A stretch of 64,000 bases of DNA, from contig OX597825.1 in the NCBI GenBank assembly GCA_951406725.2, positions 3,472,001 to 3,536,000 on the forward strand, in the 5' to 3' direction. Under the pieces are notes generated by a model. The model did no database searches and was not told the DNA's origin. It saw only the letters and a list, made by a program, of their open reading frames with translations. Of this stretch, positions 1 to 12,615 are shown one piece after another. Origin of the DNA: Octopus vulgaris. Its lineage: Eukaryota. The position numbers and the translations under genes were made by a program. Position 1 is the first letter of the stretch, and the number at the start of each line of letters is the position of its first letter.

Positions 1-24
1 CAAAGACAGAAACACACACATATA

Positions 25-61
<37 letters not shown>

Positions 62-70
62 ATACCTCTA

Positions 71-107
<37 letters not shown>

Positions 108-110
108 GTA

Positions 111-262
111 CGCCGGATTTCTTTGAGTTTCCGTCACTCACAAAGATTTGGTCTACCTGAAGATATAGTAGAAGACACTTGCCCAAGTTGCCAGGTAGTG
201 GGACTAAACCCGGAACCATGGAGTTGTTTAGCAAGCTATTTACCACATAGCTATTCCTACAC
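111..262 (-). mobile_element. tRNA-derived SINE head (octopus OR-like family)
   Basis: The minus strand reads ggtgtaggaatagctatgtggtaaatagcttgct...ggttccgggtttagtcccact...ttgggcaagtgtcttctactata, with A/B-box-like motifs. Homologous to 14102-14258. Confidence 0.75.
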
Positions 263-679
263 CTAGATAGATAGATATTGACAAAATTTCGAACGCCCTG
301 TTTACAAACTTCTGCTGCTTATTTAGTAAGGACGACAACGAAAATAACAAGTTTAGGTCAACGATTCAAGTGTTTAATAATTTTAACCCGTTTATACGTC
401 ATATCTAAATTAACTTCCTATTATGTTGTTTAAATCGCAAAACACATTTACTTTTGTCAATCAGGGGTTGATATTCGTAATCTGTTTCAGATTTATACGC
501 ATTGTTTCATTAATTCCTTAACAGCTGGTTGCCGTTTCCTATGACTAACTGAACGGTCGTTATTTTTTGGCTTTTAATATGACAAATAGAATAATGCGAT
601 TCAACAGAATTCACGACTCCTTGGCACTATGAGGTTTTTAATTTATGAACTTCATGTTTGATGTCCTGCACCTTAAACC

Positions 680-888
680 TTATTCCTGTTCAAGCGGTTT
701 AGCTATTGTGAGTTCACTCTTCTGTTCTTCTTTGAAAGTTCCCCAATGGAACATGCATGTTGTGGCATAGCTGTGTTTGATGAATATCTTTTTGAGTCTG
801 ATGAGTTCTGCTAGAAAGCCATGGAAATGGCTGTTGAAGCAAATTAACTTCTTGAAGTAATTCATCGAAGCAGAAATGTAATCAGTGA
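680..888 (-). CDS. Terminal coding exon of an unidentified multi-exon gene: (I)TDYISASMNYFKKLICFNSHFHGFLAELIRLKKIFIKHSYATTCMFHWGTFKEEQKSELTIAKPLEQE*
   Basis: Acceptor aaatttcAG at 889-890. 209 nt = 2 nt + 69 codons ending in TAA. Non-repetitive and open. The phase-1 start matches the phase-1 donor of exon 3301-3493. Confidence 0.75.
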
Positions 889-1094
889 CTGAAATTTGTT
901 TTAATAACGTTGTTCGTTTTGTTATTTTATTTATAATTTTTTTCCAATAAATTATTATAAAACAACAAATACTTAAGGAATAAATGAAATAAAATCATAT
1001 TTCAAGCAAAATACAAAAAAGAATTTGATTATAATAATCAACATCTCCATCATTATGATGCTGGTTGTTAATGTTCTCTATAATAATTGTCATT

Positions 1095-1545
<451 letters not shown>

Positions 1546-2424
1546 GATGATGATAAGCTGGTCTTAAAAATATTAGCAATTTTTTTTTCGATTTACCACA
1601 ATTTTTTTATTATTCATTTGTATCATTATCCTTATTAGCTTTATCATAAAAACACCGATGATGCTGATGGTATCAATGCTACTGACAGAATTGAGAAAAG
1701 TGAGAAAATGTAATTATCCCGTAATTTTGATTAAAAGTACTACAAGCAAACTAGCAAATCAACAACCGAGACATAATATTATGTTAGTAGTAACTTATCA
1801 TGGCATTTCTGACGCTGGGGAATGCTAACATGTACTTTTACATGTTAAGAGGCTTCTGTTGGTATGACATTTATCCTTCCACCATCTTAGGAAAGTGAGT
1901 TGTGTAGTATGAGACCATGTTGTTGGATGTCGTTGAGATTCGTCATCCATTTACGACTAAACTAAACGTTTGCTTACATTTGATAAAGAATAATTTTGGT
2001 TCTTGGTCGTAGGTTAGAATGTTTATCATTCGGAAAGTGTCTTCTAATAAAACTAATTTCCAAATATAAGACTTAGAGATATGTATATCGTAAGAAGATA
2101 CTGAAAATACAGACTTATATACATATTTATTTGTTTCGATGTATGTAATTTACCAGAAAGTAAATACTCAACGCGGGACACCGGGGAAAAAGCAGAAAAA
2201 GATTGGTTGTTTACGCTTTTAAGAGGGAAAGATAGTTGACGGCAGGCGACTCCGTAAATCAAATCCTATATCATTCATACTTATATATAGAGAGAGAATG
2301 ACCTACCATTAGGCTAAACAGCCCATGACAACGATCACCGTCAATGTTAATGTTAAATCATTATGTTTGGAATAGGAGAATATTGCATATACATACATAT
2401 ATACATACGTATATTTTCATTCTT

Positions 2425-2800
2425 ATGATTGTTTCAGTCACGTGACAGCGACCATGCTGGAGTACCACCGTCGTCGAATAAATCGAACCCAGGAATTATT
2501 CTTTGTAAGCCTACTACTTCTTCTATCGGTGTCTTTTGCCGAACACCTGTATTACGGTTACGTAAACAAACCAACATCGGCTACCTAGCGATGGTGGCGC
2601 GGCCAAACACAGACACAGAAATACATACATACACACACACCAATATATATATTCATGCGTCTGTGTTTGTCCGCATGCGATGGGCTATTTTCAGTTTCTG
2701 TTTACCAAGAGCACTCACAAGGATTGGGTCGGGTCGAGGCTATAGTATAAGACACTAGCCCAAGGTGTCAAGCTTCTTAACACACAACCACCCCTGCGCC
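2425..2800 (-). mobile_element. Diverged OR-like SINE with internal (CA) tract and 3' tail
   Basis: Shares ctcacaagg...tatagta..agacact.gcccaagg with 111-262. The tail ttgtttcagtca...gccatgctgga resembles the reverse complement of 23950-24030. Confidence 0.65.
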
Positions 2801-2853
2801 TATAACATATATATATATATATATATATATGATATATATTACTCATAGATAGT

Positions 2854-2918
<65 letters not shown>

Positions 2919-3300
2919 GGAAGGATAGATGGAAGTATGATTTTATAAGTCAGTAACGCTCTATACTGCATCAGCGTTGCTTCTTACATTATTTTGTTAT
3001 GGTTGTTCCTACAAACATTGTATAGAAATTATTGCCACCACTAATTTTTGCTACAAAACATTGTCCTTGTTCTTTGCCTTGTATTTGTTTTCAAATAAAA
3101 TGTCCAAAAACAGATCAGATAAAAATTCAAAAACAGAAAGAAGGAAAACAAAGAAATCAAAAGAAAATCACAGCAAAAAGGAAGGAAGAAGAAAGAAAAC
3201 ACTTCAATAAAAAGCAAATAATAAAAAAGATTGAAGGAAGAAAAAAAACCGTTACAGTTAAAAAAAAAAGAACACAGCAAGCAAAAAGTATTGTACCCAC

Positions 3301-3493
3301 TCGGTAATCCAGGCCTATTTGGTAATCCAATTTGAACCCGTAACGCCACAACTTGGAGCACAGCTCCCACAAAAATTGATAAAAGAGATTGTATCTTCGG
3401 TGAATTCTCAGAATTTTTCAAAAAGCTATTCGTTAAAAGTGAAAAACTTTTCGGAAGCGAGATACGGTCCAAAAACAACAAATGAATGTTATC
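3301..3493 (-). CDS. Internal exon DNIHLLFLDRISLPKSFSLLTNSFLKNSENSPKIQSLLSIFVGAVLQVVALRVQIGLPNRPGLP
   Basis: Acceptor tttatttttgtattaAG and donor CGA|GTGGGT. 193 nt, phase 0 to 1. Joins the last exon as PGLP-I-TDY. Confidence 0.75.
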
Positions 3494-4804
3494 CTTAATA
3501 CAAAAATAAAGAATCTTTATCCATCAATGTGGTGTTGAACACCTGTCCTCATCGGCCAACACACACTCCCTAACATACACACACACGCTATCAAACACAC
3601 ATTCACACACGTACATACACGTACACACGCCTATATAGAAACAGTGATTGGTATATATACATACATACATGTATGTGCTTCGTGTGCAAGTTGTGTATTG
3701 ATATTATGAATGTCTTCATATCTTTAATAATTAATTCGATAGAAGAAAAGATAGTTGGGAAACGGTAGCATTCTCTTCTGATGCACTGAGATATTTACAT
3801 TTATGTAAGATTCTAATCTTAAATTGGTAACTACGTTGGAGATGTGCAACATCTCATAAAATAACATAACATGGTTTTAAGAGACTGAATTTGTATGATA
3901 TGTGCAGCAATGTAAAATATATTTGCCTCCAAGAGTTTAAGCTGAGATTAATATTAAAAGGAAGACTTGTACGTCAAACCGAACAAGGAATGTCTTCTCC
4001 ACTGTATTAAACGTCCTATCGCCCAAGACAACAGAACTTTGAAGTTTACGTAATGTATTTAATATTGCCGTGAATGAATTCACTAAAAAGAAATATTGCA
4101 AAACCTTTCTGTTTTGTTCTCTCAGTGTAAATATACGTCGACTAATCCTTGGATTTGGATTTACAGAAGCATAATTTTGGTTGAAGCAACTGTCGCGTTT
4201 GCTACGACGAGTAGTATTTGGATGTGATAGATATTGGAGATATGAGAATGCTTAAACCTAGTTTTGTTTGTTTGTTGAGATACAACAGTATTAGTATTTA
4301 GTGTTGTAATCATATTTGTTTCCATAGGTTTCCTCCTACATAATTTCAATGAGCTCAACCAAAATGCCTTTCACTTTTGGAGAAGAGGTTCTGGATTATA
4401 ATGAACTGTCATATTTATAGCAATTACTATTTCGTTTCATACGTTATTCATACTTTTACGCTTAATAGATATTTTGTATCAAAATATTGTGTCAGTCAAT
4501 TCTTATGTTACTGGAGACAGCTTATGTTGTATATATCCTTACGTAGTTTATGAATAGATATTCATATCGTTATATAGATATTTCAAAACTGGACTTGTTT
4601 AATAATTCGGCAAGATTTATTCTCATTTCTCCCAAAGAAAATAATTACACACACAAGACTAATACTCACATATATACATACACACATACATACATACATA
4701 CATACATACATACATACATACATACATACATACATACATACATAAATAGAAACAGACAGACACACAGGCACCCAAGTATATTTATATATTATCTATTATT
4801 ATTA

Positions 4805-5555
4805 TTATTATTGATTGAGAGAGCAGTACACGTAATCAACGTAACACTGGGGAACAAACATATGAAACCGAATGTATTCTACATTACAAAATGTTTAATA
4901 AAGGGAACACCAAGTACACGTATCACAATAATATATGTGTGACCCGGTGATCTGATGTCGAGGTAAACAGCATTTGAACTTGCAGGTGGGGCCCAGTTAG
5001 AATTTTCTCCCGGACGAATATCCCATTCCGTTCAAAAGGTCACACAATAAAGGCTCTTTTACGATGATTGAGGAAACACCTATGATTCCAAAGGTGAATT
5101 ATTCAAATCCCCCAAAATCCATCTCAACACATTGCTACGATACTCCCTCACTACTCCTACTAGCGATCAGTGATATCCATATTGACAGACACAAAGGAAC
5201 ATGCTCGATCGAAGAACTGACAAGCAGATCTGTGACAGTAAAGTATTTGCTGTAGCGCAACTTTTACCCTGTGACAAGGTGCTAACAGCGCGACTCAGTG
5301 AAGATTACCAACCTTATTTTGCATCGGGTCATATTATGTATGTACGTATGTATGAATGTATTATATATGTATGTATGTATGTATATGTGCGGATTTGTAC
5401 GATTTGTTTCATGTGTGTATTCTCATGCATGTAGATGCATGTCTAGATAAACTTCTGGAAAGTTTTACAATTTTTTACTGCTTCAGTGATAGCTTGGTTC
5501 TGTAGTCGTCGAATCAGCTTTCCCCTTTCTGGTTTTGGGAAGCCTCATTTCCTAA
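4805..5555 (-). mobile_element. 3' end of a non-LTR retrotransposon (R4/Dong-like): ORF C-terminus, 3' UTR and (AAT)n tail
   Basis: The minus strand at ~5455-5545 encodes PKPERGKLIRRLQNQAITEAVKNCKTFQKFI*, resembling REL-clade ORF ends. 4810-5290 is a diverged inverted copy of 8575-9130 (shared gaaaattctaactgggccccacctgcaag). The clade assignment is an inference. Confidence 0.6.
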
Positions 5556-6130
5556 GATTACTATTTAGGCCGTGTATGCACGAATGTATATATGTTTTAT
5601 ATATGTATTACATATGCATGTATGCATGTACGTATATACGTTTGTATGTATGTATATGTAATTATCACAAACAATCAAGTCGAACAGGTATTCAAAGTTG
5701 CGTGAACGAAAAAACTCAGAATAATGAAGCGACAAGATATAAAAAATTTACAAATATTCAAATCAAATATGATTCCTTCTTCAGTTGCACATGGGATATT
5801 ATTATGATTCCGCCCTCTGCGCATTATCATTCGGTCCGGCAATGTCATGAGCGGATAAATATAAACGCTGACAGGGAATGAATTCACAGACAGTAGCAGT
5901 GATTCAGGAGAGTAACACCTTTCAGAAATATGATAGAATTTCTGTAAAATTTAATCATTATTATCATCATTTTCTATTGTATTCTTAATGATATCCTCCA
6001 TATTCGTGACGACAAACATTCTTTTTTCCCTCTCAATCATTCTTTCTCTCTTTCTCTCTCTCACTCTCTCTCCCCCTCTGTGTGTCACAGGTGAGGTTAT
6101 TTCATTGTCTTATCGTTCTTTGCGTTTAGT

Positions 6131-6301
6131 GTTTCCATTGCAAGGGTAACATCTAAGCAATGAACGTAACATGGAGGTTACTGGGAAGCCTGAATGGCCA
6201 CATTGCGCATGCGACATTTGCACTAATGTGAATGTGTTACTACGAAGAGTGCAATAACCAAAAGAGAAGTACCAATCATTGCCCCTCTTTGCCTGACGTC
6301 A
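6131..6301. promoter_or_regulatory. Cluster of promoter-type motifs (NRF1-like, CCAAT, CRE)
   Basis: TGCGCATGCG at 6204-6213, CCAAT at 6272-6276, TGACGTCA at 6294-6301, and a weak X-box-like GTTTCCATTGCAAG at 6131-6144. Confidence 0.35.
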
Positions 6302-7354
6302 CACATGACAACATTCAGTATTCATTTACACATCACTTGCCTATTAGCAAAGCAACATTCTCTCACCTGTCAAGGTTATTTTGTTTTCGGTCTAAGTAGA
6401 ATATCCTTTCCAAATTTGCTAATTTGAGACACAAATGGTTCCGTACATGCAGCATCTGATAGAAAAAAAAGAAGTATTACATTTTCACGTATTTCGTACC
6501 CTATGTCGTACTACACAAACCTAGATAACCCAACAGTAAATCCTCACTAAAAATCCTGGACCTTTCCCTTTTAGATGAATCCCTTATAAAATCTATTCCA
6601 AATATCTAACACCGACGTTGGTGTAGCGTCACGCTGCATAGAAATACCGTTGTGAGTATGTGGAGTATATCTGCATATTAAAATATCATTATGACAATAA
6701 GCATTTGGCTTTCACTATTCTATAGATATTGATAAGACGATAGTTTCCATTTTATAACGAAGAAAATAACGACATATAGAGGAACCATGGCTTTTCTCTC
6801 TCTTATAAAATATGAACTCACCGTCAGATGAAAGCTTACTTTTGAAAAGTATTACTTGAAATAGAAAAGCTACATATTCCTAATGCATACAGTCCTGACA
6901 CACATGTGATTTCAATAAAAGAAAAAAAAATCAACACTTCTGCACCTCCAGTAATTTTTCCAACTAGTAGCACAGAACAAAAGAAAATTATATGCATATA
7001 TTTTTTTTTATAAGCAATATCACAGCATCTCATTTTAAGAAGATTTCGAATTAAACTCTATTAAAAATCTACACCTGAAATGCAATATTTAAAACTTCAA
7101 GTGTAACATACATTAAAAATAGTAGCTTATACAGTTCACATGAATACTAATCAAATCGATATTGCCAGTCATCGAATTTTTTAAAAATATGTTACAGTGA
7201 AAATCTCCATTGCACTCGCTAATTCATAAAATCTCGATGAAAGCTAAAGGAAAATTAATTTTCTCTTTGATGTTTATGCAACTCATGATTTGGAAAGTGA
7301 ATCGATATACCACACAGACCCACTGCAACACCTGGAAGACATTCTATATCTTAC

Positions 7355-7427
7355 ACTATTACGCATAATGCTAATATTTTTTCGATCATCGGAATTGCAA
7401 AGCTGCCATGTATATCTTCTGTCTGAC
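7355..7427 (-). CDS. Internal exon (G)SDRRYTWQLCNSDDRKNISIMRNS; a second frame is also open (see findings)
   Basis: Strong acceptor ccctttatttgtAG and donor AGT|GTAAGA. 73 nt, phase 2 to 0, which exactly bridges exons 10786-10911 and 3301-3493. Confidence 0.6.
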
Positions 7428-8526
7428 CTACAAATAAAGGGCAAATTGACACATATTAAATCTGATACGGTATCAGAAGTTTGCGTTGTATTCTTTTGTG
7501 TGAGTAGTTCTGAGTCTGTACTTTTTGATTTATCTTATTTAAACGAATGTATCAGTCGCAAGCTATTGCACGTGACCACTGATTATTTCTTATACTGCGT
7601 AGAATCTACAGTGCCATGTGTGTTCTTCTTGACATTCCTAGAACGATAGTATTTGTTTCCTTTCGCCGTATATTGAAATGGCCATCCCATATCGGATGAA
7701 GTAAATGGTAGATAGAGACATCTGTATGGTAGTTGATAGAGAAAAGATAAGCTACTCACTTTTCAATGTTGTTGAATATTTCGAAGAAATATTTGTAATG
7801 AGAAAAATAGCTTTGAAGTAGTGTTAGTTAGAATCTCAAAAAAATATTATATCTAAGGTAACATTGTAGATATTTTGGTCCTCACACAATTAATCAAATG
7901 AAATTTGGAAGGCTTCGTTGTCGAAGGCTTAGATGTGACATGTAACACAAAAAGAAAGGGAAGTAGAAGCAGAAGTGCAGCAGAGCAACAAACCCATAAT
8001 TTCGGTTTTGATTTAGAGTGATGAATGCTTTTCAAACAGAAAATTATGTGTTTGGATCTCAGTGTGAAGATGCTTTAGTGTTTCGGATACATGACATAAT
8101 GATTCGAACAGCATGCAGCGATGCATGAAAGGGCAACTTGCCAGGTTTGAAAAGATTATCCGACAAGCTTTAAGAGATTATGCCAAAATTCTTCTGCATC
8201 TGATTGCTAGGTGTCTAAACAAAAGCGAATGCTGCTATCGCTTCAAAGAAAGGCTGCAATCACTTCTGTTTTAGTTTAGCCCTATTTCTATGCTAACACA
8301 AATATCAAGATTTCTGTCCGTAGTTTGTCAATCTGATGGGTGATATATTGAAATGATTTGAACAAGATAACATCCTTCACATGGCATACATCAGACAATG
8401 GGTGGATTATACAACTTGAATAAAAAGGCACTTGGGCAATTTCGGATAACTTAAAAACTTACGTCTCACCTGTCATCACGGCAGCTGGTGATTTATAATG
8501 TGCCAAGTGTAAGATAACACAACGAT

Positions 8527-8574
<48 letters not shown>

Positions 8575-8575
<1 letters not shown>

Positions 8576-9130
8576 CCCTGATGCAGTACCAGGCAGTGGC
8601 TCTCATGGCTTCTGATCTTAACTGATTGGAAGTGTTATCATGTACATTGTTTTGTCTTGGTATAAAAGATGGGCTACAGCAAATATTCTGCTCAATACCA
8701 CAGATTTGCTTGTCAGTTGTTTGACCTTAACCAGTTGAGCATGTCCCTTAGTGGCTGACGATATGTGCATCTCTGATCACGAGCAGAAGTAGTGGGGGAG
8801 CATCATGGCCATGTGTTGAGAGGGATTCTTTGGAGTTTGAATGGTTCACCTCTGGAAACATAGGTGTTTCGTTCAACATCCTAAAGCAACCCTTATTCAG
8901 GGACCGTTTGAGCAGGATGGGCTACTCAACCTGAAGAAAATTCTAACTGGGCCCCACCTGCAAGGTCATGTGCTGTTTATCTTGATATGAGATCACCATG
9001 TCGCGCACATATGGCTGTGATGCATGTGCCTGGTGTACCTTTATCAGACGGGTAGTCATGATGGGTATATTGGGCTTCGTATATTTTACCCCAGTGTCAC
9101 TTTGATGGCATGAACTGCTCTCTCACTCAA
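8575..9130 (+). mobile_element. ~550-bp retroelement 3' UTR copy inserted into a (TAA)n tract
   Basis: Flanked by (AAT)n on both sides (8530-8573 and 9128-9212). Homologous to 4810-5290. Confidence 0.75.
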
Positions 9131-9147
9131 TAATAATAATAATAATA

Positions 9148-9212
<65 letters not shown>

Positions 9213-9213
<1 letters not shown>

Positions 9214-9414
9214 GTTTCAAATGTTGCCACAAAGGTAGTAATTTAGGAGGAGCAGATGAGTCGACCCCAGTGTTAATTAGTATTTAATTTATCAACCCGT
9301 AAAGGATGAAAATTAAAGTCAAATTTGGCGGAATTTGAGCTCAGAACGTGGCAATAGGCGAGATATCGATAATCATTTCGACCAGTGCGCTAACGATTCT
9401 GTCAGCTTGCCGCC
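9213..9414 (-). mobile_element. tRNA-derived SINE (octopus OK-like family)
   Basis: The reverse complement begins ggcggcaagctgacagaatcgttagcgcactgg...gttctgagctcaaattccgcc...gactttaattttcatcctttacgggttgataaattaa. Same family as 44006-44240. Confidence 0.8.
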
Positions 9415-9462
<48 letters not shown>

Positions 9463-9645
9463 TCAATAATAATGATACTTTCTACTATATTCTCATTGCC
9501 ACAATCATCATCATCATCATCATCATCATCGTCATCATCATCGTCATCGCCGTCGTCGTCGTCGTTGTCATCATCATCATCACAATAATAATAATAATAA
9601 TAATATCAATAATAATGATACTTTCTACTATATTCTCATTAACAC

Positions 9646-9709
<64 letters not shown>

Positions 9710-10785
9710 GTCATCATCATCGTCATCGCCGTCGTCGTCGTCGTTGTCATCATCACAATAATTAGGATATTCCCATTTTATTAATGATAAGAGATAATTA
9801 CTTTCTGCATTGCCTACTCCTACAGACATTTCATTATAAAAATGTCAACAAATTTGAATTTTGAAAGGAAGGAATGGTAGGCGGTACAGTTTACAGGAAT
9901 GTTCAAGTATGGTTGCAGCTGTTGCCTGACTGTCTTGAAAGATTTTGCTTCTTAATGCGAAAATATGTTTTCGCAAGATGGATTAGATAAATATATTAGC
10001 GAATATGTAGGTGTGAGCACTTTAATAGGACACTTATACAACAGTCTGTCAGCAAGAAAAGAAGACAGCAATGAAAATCAAACATAAATGTTGAGCAAGC
10101 ACAAACACTTACTAAATTGAAAGTGGTCTGGAAGCAGATGTCTTTGAACCTCTCAGTATTTACATTGAAATATTGCGAATCAGCAGACCTTAGAGCACAA
10201 TTAGTTGGTTAAGAATAACCAGACACATCTAGACTCAAAAGATATGGACGATTGCAACAGCATAGTAATAAAATATACATCAGGGTGTAAAATGTTTAAA
10301 GATCCAGAACAGTTGAAACGCGATCGTTTATGGTGAATGATAATTCTGAGAAACAGAACTTGAGAGGCAGCTTTTTCAGATGAGCTGCTTTGTTCGAGAA
10401 GAAAGAGAAATCAAATGAAAGAGGAGTAGAAATTTTTGTGCATCGTTGTGCATCAGTTGATGAAATATGCCCTTTCATATCTCAGGGACTCGACAGATAT
10501 TGGTGAGTAACAACATCATTCTTTGAAGTGGAAAAGTAATGCAATTGCTCCGCAGGAAAGGACATATTCATAATGTGATGTTGCAGAAGGTTGTTCACAA
10601 AACCTGGGATACCCAATTCTGTGAAACACGAAAGAAACAATAACTAGAAGAAATAAAACATCAATTTACTCACTTAAACATACATTTGAAACAAAGCTGA
10701 ATCTTTATAGTCCACTCACAAGATAAACAATACTAAACATTTTGCATATTGAACGTGTACTACATAGTGTGAAAATATTTGTTAC

Positions 10786-10911
10786 CCTGAAGCCAGTGCT
10801 GAATGTGCGATGGCGACTTCTATCTCCAGTATTTCTCTCCTAACGAAAGCAGCAGCCCGACCTCCAAAAGTGTACTCACCGAATGTAATTAAACTTCGAA
10901 AAAACAAAGAC
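10786..10911 (-). CDS. Internal exon (E)SLFFRSLITFGEYTFGGRAAAFVRREILEIEVAIAHSALAS(G)
   Basis: Acceptor tttctttttgtaagtAG and donor AGG|GTAACA. 126 nt open, phase 2 to 2, more GC-rich than its flanks. Confidence 0.7.
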
Positions 10912-10949
10912 CTACTTACAAAAAGAAACACTCTTATATAAGTTATATA

Positions 10950-11385
10950 TCTTCCTTCTTTTTCTTTTTCGTCTTCCCCTCTTTTCTTCTTCCTTTTCTT
11001 TTTCTTCTTCTTCTTCTTCTTTTTCTTCTTCTCCTCCTCCTTCTTCTTCTTCGTCCACCCCTCCTTCTCTTCCTCCTTCTTCTTCTGTTCTTCTTGTTTT
11101 TCTTCTTTCTCCCATTCTTCTTCTTCCCCTTCTTCGTCTTCTTCCCCTCACCACCTTCTTCTTCTTCATAACCCTTTTCTTCTTCACCTTCTTCTTCTTC
11201 TCCTTCTTCTTCATCTTCACCTTCATCATCATCAGCATCATCATCATCACCACCTTCTTCTTCTCCTGCTTTCCCTTCATCATCATCTTCTTGTTTTCTT
11301 CTTCCTCTTCTTCTTCTTCTTCATCTTCTTCTTCTTCTTCACCTTCTTCTTCTTCTTCTTCTTCTTCTTCACCTTCTTCTTCTTG
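10950..11385. repeat. Degenerate (CTT)n polypyrimidine tract
   Basis: Directly visible. Confidence 0.9.
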
Positions 11386-11865
11386 TCTTAATGTAGGGTA
11401 CCTTGCAGAACAGTTAACACGGCACAGAAAATAGCGGCATTTTATCAGTTTTTACGTCCTGAGATCAAAATTATACCGAACACAACATTGACTTTCATCA
11501 TTTGCGGGTCAATAAAATAATTACCTGAAGAACACAAGGAAGAGTATAATAGCGTAGAACCGTTCAGTTAAATTTCGGGTTTGTTCCTGATTTACAAAAA
11601 CCCATTATTGTTACTGTTGCTGTTATTGCTATTATCATGGCAGAACAATGATAAAACTGGAATTTTAACAGCTGTTTACTCCTAGATTTTCGTTGCATCT
11701 CTTCAAATATTCCAGATTTAACTCAAAGCACTACTGCTTATAAACACGTTTTAAAACCAGCACTTATAGTGCTGCTATTATATTTAAAACTGCATTGTTA
11801 CTGTATCCATGTGTCTATTAGAGGAGTGTCTATGTATCTATGTGTGTGTACATATATATATATAA

Positions 11866-11905
<40 letters not shown>

Positions 11906-12549
11906 ATATATGAATATATATATATATATGTGTGTGTGTGTGTATGTGTATGTGTGTGTTTGTGTGTGTGTTTGTACATATATACATATATATGCATGAA
12001 TGTATGGAGAGATGAACAGGTTCCATTACACATGAACATGTGCATATATGTGCATGTGTTACTGTGTGTCTGTGGAGAAATGTAGAGACCAGAAACCGTA
12101 GCTAAAGCACAGAACGGATGATAAATACAAAATAATAATAGTTTATAATGTAGTCTTTGTTATCCGAATTTGCTATATATCGTGAGATTTATCAATGCCC
12201 CATTTGGCTATAAACAGGAAGGAATTTCTTTAAAGCTTGCCCCTTTCAAATATTATTTGAAACTGAATTACACAGTAGCAAATCAATTTTTCCCTTGATC
12301 CGTCCTTCTAAATACAATTCGAGCATTTATATTATTCTTGACAATACGTTAAATGCTATCGGCATAAAACGTATACGACCACTAACAACAATAAACTATT
12401 GCAATATAGTTTAAGGCCTCTTTTATTCAAGCATACTGTTATCAGCATTTAATATGTAAGTCTTTACTTAATATATATGCATGTATTGGTGGATGTGTAC
12501 GTATGCGTCTATACAGAATGTAGCACAAACTCACACACACACAAACATG

Positions 12550-12615
<66 letters not shown>

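Noticed and set aside
799-820. CTGATGA...GAAAG hammerhead-like core
   Set aside because: No stem I or III pairing, and it lies antisense within a coding exon.
6822-7074. Exon-like segment with good splice sites and a hydrophobic 65-aa ORF
   Set aside because: All frames hit stops soon after the acceptor and it is not needed for phase continuity. It may be non-coding, but nothing supports it.
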